Assembly (NCBI GenBank): GCA_038523235.1
Contig: JBCBJQ010000104.1
Location: forward strand, 1-20,611
Source: Cyanobacteria bacterium J06626_4
GTDB lineage: Bacteria > Cyanobacteriota > Cyanobacteriia > Phormidesmidales > Phormidesmidaceae
Length of the DNA: 20,611 nt
Reading direction: 5' to 3'
The notes under the pieces are model-generated. The model was given only the letters and a program-made list of their open reading frames with translations, was not told the DNA's origin and did no database searches. Positions 8,514-20,453 of the stretch are shown piece after piece; position 1 is the stretch's first letter, and the number at the start of each line of letters is the position of its first letter. The position numbers and the translations under genes are program-made.

Positions 8514-8709
8514 CCTTAGAAAACATTGATGGGTAAACTCGATCAAAAAGGTAGCTTAAACCGAATTTTTTATTTAACCGATTTCGCTATTCTATTAATC
8601 AAGAGAAGTCAGAAAAACGTCAGAGAATTTATTCCTGTTTTTTCTTGCTAGCCGGAGCCCTTTTGCCATTGCAGGGATATTTGCCACCAAGGTACAGGAG
8701 GAGAATCCT

Positions 8710-8916
8710 ATGCCCCTTATCCGTTGGGAACCGTTTAAAGAAGTTGACAGCCTACAGCGTGAAATGAAGCGCTTGTTTAATAAGCTGAGTCCGTTGCGTC
8801 ATGAGCACTTCGATTTAGGCGCATTTGTGCCTGCTGCCGAGCTAAATGAAACCCACGAAGGGGAGCATGTCACTTTTGAGGTGGGCTATCGATTTTCAAG
8901 CGTAATGTCTGCCTAA
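8710..8916 (+). pseudogene. hspA: Truncated small heat-shock protein (Hsp20/HspA): N-terminal arm and first strands only
   Basis: MPLIRWEPFKEVDSLQREMKRLF...FVPAAELNET...EV matches the cyanobacterial HspA N-terminus. The ORF stops at 68 aa and the convergent hppD ends 39 nt later, so there is no room for the alpha-crystallin core. A strong RBS (AGGAGGAG) precedes it. Confidence 0.8.
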
Positions 8917-8955
8917 GGGCTGCAAATGCATCGCCTTAGTGCTCGGTCAGAATGA

Positions 8956-10035
8956 CTACTGAAGACTGCCCCGCAACTCTTGTTCTCGTTCAATCGCCTC
9001 GAACAGCGCTTGAAAATTGCCTTCGCCAAATCCATCGGCTCGTTTCATACCGGCTGGAGTCATTCGTGATTGCCGCTCAATAAATTCCCAAAAGAACGTG
9101 GGCTTGTCGAACAGGGGTTGAGTAAAGGTCTGCAGTAGACGAGTTTGGGCGTCTGCTGCAGGCCAGTCAACCAAAATCTGCTGCCGGGCGATCGCCCCCC
9201 AATCTCCCGCCTCTTGCCAAAATCCAAGGCGGCTCTGTAACTGTTGATAGTAGATTTCTGGCACCGATAAGAACGAGAGCCCTCGTTGGCGCAGCACGGC
9301 GATCGTTTGCACCAGGTTTTGAGTTTTTAAGGCAACGTGCTGAATTCCGGCCCCCTGATGCTGGTCAATAAATTCTTGAATCTGTGAGTTGGGAGAGGTG
9401 GGTTCATTAATCGGCAGGGTGGCATTGCCGTTGGGATGCCTCAGGACGGTACTGCGGAGCCCCGATCGAGGCGTTTCAATTAAAAATTGCTGTTGTTGAG
9501 TAAAGCCTAAGTAGGTTGTGTACCAGTTGACGGCATTCTCAAGCTCCCCAGTCGGCACGTTGAGTACGGCATGGTCGATGCTCAACCAAGGCAAGGCTGC
9601 TGACGGGGTGGCCTGCGATGGGGGCGACAACGATGCCGCTAGAGCCAGAGGCGACTCAATTAGGGTATGTGAAACACTCCCCCAGCCGCGAATGCGACAC
9701 CAGCGCAGACTACCGGTGCGGGTTGGCAGAGCGTGAATTGGCTCGCTTATTTTGCCGCCCAAGGCTTGCACACGAGCCACGATCGCATCTAAATTGGGGA
9801 CTCGAAACGCCACATCACCGATGCCTTCTGCATAGGTCTGCAAAAACTTGTGAACTTCTGGCCGACCGGAGCCCTCAGAAGATAGCAGGATGACGATAGG
9901 ACCGTACTGAACCGCAAATTCCCCCAGGCTATGGAGACCCTCACCCGATATCGGCCGAAAATCGAGTTTTTCGATGAACCAGTCGCGCCAAATCGCCGCA
10001 TTTTTTAAGAAGAGGTGCAGATACTCGAAATTCAT
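8956..10035 (-). CDS. hppD: 4-hydroxyphenylpyruvate dioxygenase
   Basis: Fe-ligand motifs IDHAV, GIQHVAL and EFIER; also PINEP, SQIQEF, LLQTFT and C-terminal GFGEGNFQALFEAIEREQ. Confidence 0.95.
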   Translation of the reverse strand: MNFEYLHLFLKNAAIWRDWFIEKLDFRPISGEGLHSLGEFAVQYGPIVILLSSEGSGRPEVHKFLQTYAEGIGDVAFRVPNLDAIVARVQALGGKISEPIHALPTRTGSLRWCRIRGWGSVSHTLIESPLALAASLSPPSQATPSAALPWLSIDHAVLNVPTGELENAVNWYTTYLGFTQQQQFLIETPRSGLRSTVLRHPNGNATLPINEPTSPNSQIQEFIDQHQGAGIQHVALKTQNLVQTIAVLRQRGLSFLSVPEIYYQQLQSRLGFWQEAGDWGAIARQQILVDWPAADAQTRLLQTFTQPLFDKPTFFWEFIERQSRMTPAGMKRADGFGEGNFQALFEAIEREQELRGSLQ

Positions 10036-10153
10036 CCCCTAACCCACATCTCCGGAGCCTACAAGGGATACTGTACGCACTGGAGCTGAGAATTGGTTTA
10101 GCCCAAGAGGACGGAATTCCACACTAAGGTTCGTGATCTTGGGACATCTTGAC

Positions 10154-13234
<3,081 letters not shown>

Positions 13235-13335
13235 AGGGCAAAGTCCAGCATGTCACGACTGCCATTCTTGACAGTTCTTCACACTATAACTTGTCGGCCT
13301 CAGTCCCGGTCACAACTTTCCGCGAATGTCGATCG

Positions 13336-15144
13336 TCAAGATGGCGATAGCGCCGGAGCCGCCGGGGGCTGATCCGCCAGGGTTTGGCCAACTAAGCGCT
13401 GATGGGCGGCTTGGGCCGGGGCAAATTCTGGCTGCAGCTGGCTCGCTTGGTGGTAGGCGGTGATCGCCTCGCGATGGCAGTTGAGCTGTTCGAGCAGGCG
13501 ACCGTGCTGATACCAAGCCCAGTGGTTTTGGGGCTGTAAGCGCGTGACGTTGCCATAGGCTTTGGCTGCCCGCTTGAGGACCCCCAGCTCTTCAAGCACC
13601 GTGCCTAACCGAAACCAGGCCACATGGTCATTGGCCTGCAGGCTAATGACCGTGTTGTAGGCGATCGCCGCTTCGGCGAGCTGCTGTTGATTTTCTAGCG
13701 CCATCCCCCGCATGAGCCAGAGGGTGGCGTCTTCAGGAGTCTCCTCCAGGGCCTGATCGCAGGCGGCGATCGCGTCGTCGTAATGCTGCAGCGTATAGAG
13801 CTGATCGACCCGCTTTAGCGCCACCAACAGCCGTTTGCGGTGGCCTTGTGCTAACTGGAAATCGGGCTTGAGTTCGAGGGCCCGATCATAGGCAGCCAGC
13901 GCCTCTTCAACCCGCTCTAGCTGTTCTAATAGCTGCCCGCGATCGGCCCAGGCCCAATAGTTTTTCGGCTGGAGTTGGAGCACTTCATCGTAGGCGGCGA
14001 GGGCGTCTTTGTAGTTGTCGCACCGCTCTAGGGCTTTACCCAGCTTCAGCCAGGCCAAATAATCTTCGCGCTGGCGCTGGGTGACGGTTTTATAGGCGCG
14101 CACCGCGAGGGCGTATTGCTCGATGTTTTCTAAGGCCATGCCGAGCTTAAACCAGGCGGTGGTGGCGTTGGGCTGCACCTTGACCACTTTTTCATAGCAG
14201 CGGGCCGCATCATGAAAGCGGCTCTGCTCAAATAGGTCATCGGCCCGTTCTAACCAGGCGACATGGGCCTCTAAAGCCTGGGAGCTTAGTTCAAGCGGCG
14301 GAATGAAGGTGGGTGCTGATGGCGAAACTGCTTGCTTGAGCGCGTTTAACGCTTCGCTGGCATTGGCATAACGCTGGCGATGGTCGTAGCGCACCATCGT
14401 ATCTAACACCTGGGCTAACTCGGGCCGCACCGACGCCAGTTCTCGCCACATCAGCTCACTGGTGCGCGGGTCACGGGGCAGCCGTTTGGGGTCGAGCCCG
14501 GTCAGCGCCTGCAGTGCTAACATGCCCACGGCATAAACGTCGCTGCTGAGGCAAGGGTGGCCCGCTAGCTGCTCATTGGGCATGTAACCTAATGAGCCGA
14601 TGGCGACGGTCATGCTGTGCAAATCGTGGGGCTGAATCAGCTGATGACTGATTTGCTTGACGGCCCCGAAGTCGATCAGCACGATTTTGTGATCAACTTT
14701 TCGGCGAATCAGGTTGGAGGGCTTAATGTCGCGGTGAATCACTTGGCGATCGTGGACAGCGCACAAAGTTGTGAGGATGTCCTGCAGCATCTCAACGGTT
14801 TTGGCTTCAGAGAGCCGGTTACCGATGTAAATTTCTTCACTTAGCAGCGGGCCTTCAACAAACTCTTGTGCCAGATAAAAGTGCTCGTCTTCTTCGAAGT
14901 GAGCGAGAAGGCGAGGAATCTGACTGTGGCTGCCCAGCACATAAAGCGCCTCAGCCTCGGCATCAAAAAGCCGCCGGGCCGAATCCAACGACAGACCATC
15001 CGTGTTGCGAGGTTGCAGTCTTTTGACCACACAGAGCGGATGGCCAGGCAAGTGCAGATCGTTGGCCAGAAATGTCTGCCCAAAGCCGCCTCCCCCCATA
15101 TGGCGGAGAATGTGGTATCGGCTACCTAGAATCTGCAAAGACAT
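13336..15144 (-). CDS. Hanks-type Ser/Thr protein kinase with C-terminal TPR repeats
   Basis: Kinase motifs GGGGFG, VVK, IHRDIKPSN, DFG, GYMPNEQ and SDVYAVG. These are followed by about 8 TPR units (e.g. AWFKLGMALE, AWADRGQLLE, AYDRALELKPDF). No TM segment. Confidence 0.95.
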   Translation of the reverse strand: MSLQILGSRYHILRHMGGGGFGQTFLANDLHLPGHPLCVVKRLQPRNTDGLSLDSARRLFDAEAEALYVLGSHSQIPRLLAHFEEDEHFYLAQEFVEGPLLSEEIYIGNRLSEAKTVEMLQDILTTLCAVHDRQVIHRDIKPSNLIRRKVDHKIVLIDFGAVKQISHQLIQPHDLHSMTVAIGSLGYMPNEQLAGHPCLSSDVYAVGMLALQALTGLDPKRLPRDPRTSELMWRELASVRPELAQVLDTMVRYDHRQRYANASEALNALKQAVSPSAPTFIPPLELSSQALEAHVAWLERADDLFEQSRFHDAARCYEKVVKVQPNATTAWFKLGMALENIEQYALAVRAYKTVTQRQREDYLAWLKLGKALERCDNYKDALAAYDEVLQLQPKNYWAWADRGQLLEQLERVEEALAAYDRALELKPDFQLAQGHRKRLLVALKRVDQLYTLQHYDDAIAACDQALEETPEDATLWLMRGMALENQQQLAEAAIAYNTVISLQANDHVAWFRLGTVLEELGVLKRAAKAYGNVTRLQPQNHWAWYQHGRLLEQLNCHREAITAYHQASQLQPEFAPAQAAHQRLVGQTLADQPPAAPALSPS

Positions 15145-15783
15145 TCAGTCGCACCCTTAACGCCATCGGCAACGATTACTTGATCCAGTCACTCTGCAAA
15201 CAATTTCACTCAGCTTTACTCGGCGGCTGAGGCCTCAGTTCAAGACCTGCTAATGCTCTAACAGCTCTTAACTCACAATGGACAGAGTGATATTGCTGAA
15301 CTCCGTACGCTTTGATCTTTTCGATACACCGTATGCTCCGCAAAAAGCACTGTTGATCGGACGATGCATCAACTGACTAAAGGCGATCCCGACCGGCTAA
15401 CCATCAAGATGAACTCTCGACGTTGGCAACTGACGAAAGTCCCTTTTGTTAGGGGAGCAATGACAGCCAAGGATTTTTAAGGGGTCGCAGGGCTCTGCAG
15501 AATCAAGCTCACGGCTGTAACGAAACCTGTAAACGCGCTTGTAGTATTTAGTGTCAATGCTTCCGCCTAAAATGTTGCAATCTGAGACGAACTTTGCAGA
15601 ATGTTCATCTTTCGGTCGCAACCACTGGGTGGAATATTTACTTACTGACTGATATTTACTGACGTATGAGGAATTATCCGGGCGATCGCACCTACAAATG
15701 TCATGGGTGACGAAATTTATTCGAGGCCATAAACGAGACCGAGGCCCCTTGCCGCCGATCTTTTTAGATGAAATACTCAGGCC

Positions 15784-16650
15784 ATGCAAACTCCGCAAGC
15801 GCCCCGAGTATGGTCTCAACTGACGCGATCGCCCTTTCTACGACGAGTGGGCACGTATATCCTGCTGAGTGCGATCGCCCTGGTGATGTTGCTGCCGCTG
15901 CTCTGGCTCGTCAGCACCGCTTTCAAATCCCCCAATGAGAACATCTTTGCGTTTCCGCCGCAATTTATTCCTGCGGCGCCAACTCTGGGCAACTTCGTTA
16001 CCGTCTGGCAGCAAAATCCTTTTGGGCGCTACTTCATCAACAGCACCATCGTCGCGGTGTTGACCGTAGGGCTTAACCTCTTATTTTGCTCGCTGGCGGC
16101 GTATCCCCTGGCCCGTCTGCGCTTTCCGGGACGCGAGGCATTGTTTGCCGTGATTGTGGCGACGATCTTGATTCCCTTTCAAATTGTGATGATTCCGCTG
16201 TATGTGTTGGCGGTGCAGTTGGGACTGCGCAACAGCTATCTGGGGCTGATCTTTCCCTTCATTGCGTCCGCTTTTGGCATTTTTTTGATGCGTCAGGCGT
16301 TTTTAGGCGTGCCCAAAGAGCTAGAAGAAGCCGCTCGCATTGATGGCTGCTCAGAGCTGGGCATCTGGTGGAACGTCATGATCTCATCCACTCGACCGGC
16401 GTTAGTCACGCTAGCAATCTTTGTCTTTATCGGCGCTTGGAGCGATTTTCTCTGGCCGTTAATTCTGTTGGATCGTCCGGAGTACTATACGCTGCCGCTG
16501 GGCGTGGCAAAACTGGCGGGGAGTTTTTCCCTTGATTGGCGACTCATTGCCGCCGGATCGGTTATTTCGATTTTGCCGGTGCTGGTTTTTTTCGTAGCGA
16601 TGCAGCGCTACATTGTGCCCACGGAGTCGGGCAGCGGTCTAAAAGGCTAG
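15784..16650 (+). CDS. Carbohydrate ABC transporter permease (MalG/LacG type), orphan
   Basis: Motifs LAAYPLARLRFPGRE, EAA loop PKELEEAARIDG and WSDFLWPLI; six TM segments. No partner ABC genes are adjacent. Confidence 0.93.
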   Translation: MQTPQAPRVWSQLTRSPFLRRVGTYILLSAIALVMLLPLLWLVSTAFKSPNENIFAFPPQFIPAAPTLGNFVTVWQQNPFGRYFINSTIVAVLTVGLNLLFCSLAAYPLARLRFPGREALFAVIVATILIPFQIVMIPLYVLAVQLGLRNSYLGLIFPFIASAFGIFLMRQAFLGVPKELEEAARIDGCSELGIWWNVMISSTRPALVTLAIFVFIGAWSDFLWPLILLDRPEYYTLPLGVAKLAGSFSLDWRLIAAGSVISILPVLVFFVAMQRYIVPTESGSGLKG

Positions 16651-16848
16651 TGCACGCCCAAGCCCCCTCGTGCTGCTGGCTCAGTGCTTCACATTGGTGG
16701 GTGGGGAAGCATTGGAATTCGCCCAATGAAAAGTGTGTGGCGATCGCGCTTGATCTGAGGGCAACCTGGAGGTGAGCTGCTGGGCATCACGTGGGGCAAT
16801 CGTGATGGGCGGCATTTGGTTGTCATTACGTTGATATTCAGTCATGCC

Positions 16849-17274
16849 ATGCAAAAGCTCATCGTAATTTTGACCTGTGTCGGCTTGCTGGCGGGCTGCA
16901 ACAGTGCGGCGACGCAGACCCGTGACACCCTCACAGGCCAGCTAGAATCATCCGCTGAAATAATCACTCTTGCCGATATTGGCCCCTCTGATTGGGAGCG
17001 TTTGTGTGTGCTGGCCCCCTACTCGACGAATGAGTCCGCGATCGCACAGCTGGGATTCGATTGGGATGCAGAGGGCAATACGGGAATCGAGCAGCGAGAT
17101 GATGTTTATATCCTCGTTTTTGCCGATCAGGAGAACGTGCTTTCTCATATCGCAATGCCGCGTCAACCGCGAGAACTGTTGAATTCATCAATTTCGTGTT
17201 TAGAGAGATCGAACAGCACGATCGCTTGGTCAGTTGACGATGGTTGGGAAGTTGTCAAAAAGTTAGAGCCATAG
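16849..17274 (+). CDS. Hypothetical lipoprotein
   Basis: From ATG 16849, MQKLIVILTCVGLLAGC forms a type II signal peptide with lipobox LAGC. The mature region is soluble and acidic. Confidence 0.75.
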   Translation: MQKLIVILTCVGLLAGCNSAATQTRDTLTGQLESSAEIITLADIGPSDWERLCVLAPYSTNESAIAQLGFDWDAEGNTGIEQRDDVYILVFADQENVLSHIAMPRQPRELLNSSISCLERSNSTIAWSVDDGWEVVKKLEP

Positions 17275-17489
17275 AGAAGGATGACAGAGCACGGAGTGGA
17301 CATTGCTCTCCGCTTGGTTGAAGATCACGGCCTCATGACTGTATTGGAAAATCGTAAGTGAGGAATAGCTGTTATCTGATAACGCTGTTGAACGGCTGTT
17401 TTAGCATTAGTCAAGTTTGGGCGATATCCCATCCATTACTGGGAATCGAGTATTTGAAATATATATTCCAGAGCAACAAGTGACAAAGA

Positions 17490-17789
17490 ATGATTTCTTC
17501 GGATGAAATTTATAAGACTTTTCCAAGAGGAGCAAAATTAACCGTTATGCTTAAAAGTTATGCACCTTTTGGGATTTTTGTTCAAATTCCTGGAGTTGAT
17601 ATTTCAGCACTTATTGAACGACCTGCCTTAAAGTTCCCAGATGAATATCCTCAAATTGGAACCGAACTTGAAGCTTTTGTTCTTTATTTTCGAGATCCTA
17701 AAAGTCTTGCTGTTCAAAGACAACTTCGCTTAAGTATTGATCCAGTCATACTAGCTAACCTAGATTTGCTTGAGCCTACTGATAAGTAA
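17490..17789 (+). CDS. Small S1/OB-fold-like protein (low GC)
   Basis: The pattern FPRG...YAPFGIFVQI...ALI...YPQIGTELEAFVL...RQLRLSI follows the S1 domain consensus. GC is about 33-40% in three 60-nt lines counted. Confidence 0.65.
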   Translation: MISSDEIYKTFPRGAKLTVMLKSYAPFGIFVQIPGVDISALIERPALKFPDEYPQIGTELEAFVLYFRDPKSLAVQRQLRLSIDPVILANLDLLEPTDK

Positions 17790-18005
17790 TGTAATCGTCT
17801 TTCCCATAGTGCATACTAACGAGAAGCAAGCGCATTATTCATGGCGAATTAGACTTTGGCTTTCTAGATCGAGATATTGTTCAGTACTGATGTAGCGGGG
17901 AACAGAAATCACGGCATTTGCCAATTAGAGGAGAGCGATCATACGATCTCTGATTGCCACACATGCTCAGGATGGGAGGCATGAAAATACCAGCTTTATG
18001 GCGTG

Positions 18006-18737
18006 TTAGCTTGCCCTCGATCGCACCGGATACAGCGGCTCCTGACCATTGAGTTGCCAAAGACTGATACACAATGCGGTGGCGATCGCCAGCCATACGG
18101 CAGACGGCAAAATGATCCAACCCGCGAGCGGCAACGTCTGGAAGTAAGCGATCGTTACGACGATCACCGAGAGCATCGGTCCAACCATCACCATGGGGAC
18201 AGCGGCACCCAAACGCCCTTCCACCGTAAAAATAGTATTCCAGGTATCACCTAGGCTGAGATGCCCCACAAACAGTATCAAGGGCAGACACAAACTGGTT
18301 TGGTCATAGGCCGACCAGATCAGATAGGCCGACGCTACTCGCAGCACGGCAATGCTCATCCACACAATGGGAAAAGCCAGCGGTGGCGGTGCCCATCCGG
18401 GGCGCTGGATTGATTGATAGCGACCATTGCTGCGTGTATTGTCTAACAGCGAAAAGAAGCGAGAACGTAGAGTAATAAAAGCGAAAAACGCACAAACGAT
18501 CGCTGTCAGTGCCCAAGGCGGTAAGGCGGCTGTATTAACGCGACTTAACACGATATCCATGAGCCAGAGTAGCCCTGTCAACGCCGCAGTTTGGGCGATC
18601 GTGGCTCCCACATATTGCAGTGTGGCGGTCTGATCCCATTGGGGATTTTCTAGATCCGTTGGGACGGTCGTATCGCGGGCGGCTTTCACCCCCATCACGG
18701 CATTCACTCCGCTTTTGACCAGATTGTTGTTATCCAT
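18006..18737 (-). CDS. tspO: TspO/MBR family tryptophan-rich sensory protein (long cyanobacterial form)
   Basis: Motifs YQSIQRPGWAPPPLAFPIVW, WNTIF, LAGWIILPSAVWLAIATAL and WQLN. The N-terminal extension carries extra hydrophobic segments. Confidence 0.88.
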   Translation of the reverse strand: MDNNNLVKSGVNAVMGVKAARDTTVPTDLENPQWDQTATLQYVGATIAQTAALTGLLWLMDIVLSRVNTAALPPWALTAIVCAFFAFITLRSRFFSLLDNTRSNGRYQSIQRPGWAPPPLAFPIVWMSIAVLRVASAYLIWSAYDQTSLCLPLILFVGHLSLGDTWNTIFTVEGRLGAAVPMVMVGPMLSVIVVTIAYFQTLPLAGWIILPSAVWLAIATALCISLWQLNGQEPLYPVRSRAS

Positions 18738-19051
18738 CGGCGCTAAGAATAGTGATTGACAATGATTGAATAGAACGCTCGCGGTATGACAACTTTACCC
18801 CGATCTTTAGCTGTCGAGATCCTTTACCTGACGAGAAACGAGTCAGTGGCAGCAACCGTTTGATTGACCGCTCAAGAATTCAGAGATACGGAGTAAAGAT
18901 TTCAGGGGGTGTCAGTTTGGGTTGATGCTGCTCTCCAACGATTGCGTGAAGCGAGTTGCTCACGGGTTGGCCAACTGAAAAAGCATCCAGGGATACATAG
19001 AAGGCTCTGACAACTGCCTACACTCCCTTTGGTGTGATGGACTTAAATTTC

Positions 19052-19534
19052 ATGAAATCGATTGTTTTTTCGACCCTGGCGATCTCTGGTTTGGCAGTTG
19101 CGGCAACGCCACTCGCTGCCGATGATCATGTCTCGCCCAACGGCGTTGTCACCTTGACGCCCGAAGGCGGCATTGTACCCACTGCGACCTGGAGCCTGGG
19201 CACGCGAGCGGGAGACTTTGTTTTCGTTGCTGGTATGCGTGGCATTGATCCCGAAACCAATACTCTGGTGCCCGATGCCGAAGGTCGGGTTCGACAGGCG
19301 TTTATGAACATGCAGCTCATCGCCGAATCAGAAGGGGCGACTCTGCAGGATGCCGTAAGACTGGTGGTCTACGTGACGGATATGTATCGTTACCGCCCAG
19401 TCGTGAACCAAATTCAGGAAGAACTTTGGGGCGATGGCCCCTATCCGCCCCGCACCATTGTTGAGGTCGATCGCCTCAATCAAGACGACATCGTCGAAGT
19501 CGAAGGCACTTTCTATGCCCCGATCGAAGAGTGA
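19052..19534 (+). CDS. RidA/YjgF/UK114 (Rid) family protein with N-terminal signal peptide
   Basis: Motifs WSLGTRAGDFVFVAG, QAFMN, VRLVVYVTD, YPPRTIVEV (catalytic Arg) and VEVEG. The N-terminus MKSIVFSTLAISGLAVAATPLAA is Sec-like. The start could be 19037 or 19052. Confidence 0.88.
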   Translation: MKSIVFSTLAISGLAVAATPLAADDHVSPNGVVTLTPEGGIVPTATWSLGTRAGDFVFVAGMRGIDPETNTLVPDAEGRVRQAFMNMQLIAESEGATLQDAVRLVVYVTDMYRYRPVVNQIQEELWGDGPYPPRTIVEVDRLNQDDIVEVEGTFYAPIEE

Positions 19535-19820
19535 TGAGGTAGCGGCTGTTTTGCAGTTCTAATTGGCAGCACTTGAGATAGCGACTCGCCATCCGTGGGG
19601 TTGACGTCGAGGCAACTACCCTGACCCTCAAAATCAACCCCTGACTCATGTTCCTGCGATTACTGAATGACTTGATGGCTCGACGATTCTGAGCCTGCCA
19701 ACCTGACTTATCCAGCGACGCGGTCTTATTAAGACTTTGCTAACAAGCTGCCCTGATGGCTACTGCCGGGTTGAGCTGTCAGGCGCTAGGCTAGGGGGCA
19801 AACTTTCTCTGGACTTCATC

Positions 19821-20453
19821 ATGACAGACCCGACTAACTTCTCTCTCTTTCTCGCCGCCGTTGCTGTCATTACGGTTACCCCTGGCCCTGACACGTTTTA
19901 TGTGTTGGGTCGCAGTTTAGAACAGGGGCGACTGGCCGGCATGGTTTCTTCGCTCGGCATTTTCGTCGGGAACCTGGGCCATACTACCGCCGCTGCCGTT
20001 GGCCTTTCGGCACTGCTCATGACCTCGGCACTGGCCTTCAATATCGTCAAATATGTAGGCGCTGCCTATTTGATTTACCTTGGCATTCAAACCATTCTCA
20101 ACCGCGATCACGGCAGCGCCTTGCCAACGGCTCCCCGCGCCAACCTGGTAAAAGTCTTCTATCAAGCGATTCTCACCAATTTGCTCAACCCCAAGGCCGC
20201 GCTGTTTTTTCTCGCCTTTATTCCCCAATTTATTGATCCTGCAGCTGGCCCGATGGCGCTGCAGACACTGCAACTTGGGATGATTGTGGCGGCGACTTCT
20301 AGCCTCTGGTTAGCGCTCATTGCAGCGGTGGTCGCCGCTGCCGGGCACACCCTTCGCCGCCGGCCAAGATTAGTTGCCCTGCAGCGCTGGATCACGGGCA
20401 GTTTGTTTATGGGTCTAGGGCTTAGACTTGCGATCTCCGATTCTAGAGACTGA
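19821..20453 (+). CDS. LysE/RhtB family amino-acid exporter
   Basis: Motifs TPGPD, GRLAG, KYVGAAYLIYLG and LTNLLNPKAALFFLAFIPQF. ATG 19821 gives the usual ~210 aa length. Confidence 0.93.
   Translation: MTDPTNFSLFLAAVAVITVTPGPDTFYVLGRSLEQGRLAGMVSSLGIFVGNLGHTTAAAVGLSALLMTSALAFNIVKYVGAAYLIYLGIQTILNRDHGSALPTAPRANLVKVFYQAILTNLLNPKAALFFLAFIPQFIDPAAGPMALQTLQLGMIVAATSSLWLALIAAVVAAAGHTLRRRPRLVALQRWITGSLFMGLGLRLAISDSRD

Noticed and set aside
13235..13335. LexA box upstream of uvrA
   Set aside because: No match to the cyanobacterial RGTAC-N3-DGTWC consensus was seen; only a possible -10 (TATAGT, minus strand, 13283-13288).
15397..15819. 140-aa minus-strand ORF, and CTGACGA as a possible hammerhead core near 15430
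   Set aside because: The ORF overlaps the permease start and looks non-coding; the hammerhead lacks the GAAA after stem II.
17376..17430. attC-like start (GATAAC...GTTGAACGG) suggesting an integron cassette
   Set aside because: No complementary right arm or GTTRRRY end was found, and there is no integrase or second site in the window.
19707..19760. CTTATCCAG as the start of a SAM-I riboswitch before lysE
   Set aside because: The GAGGGA, GCAACC and GGTGC core elements are absent.
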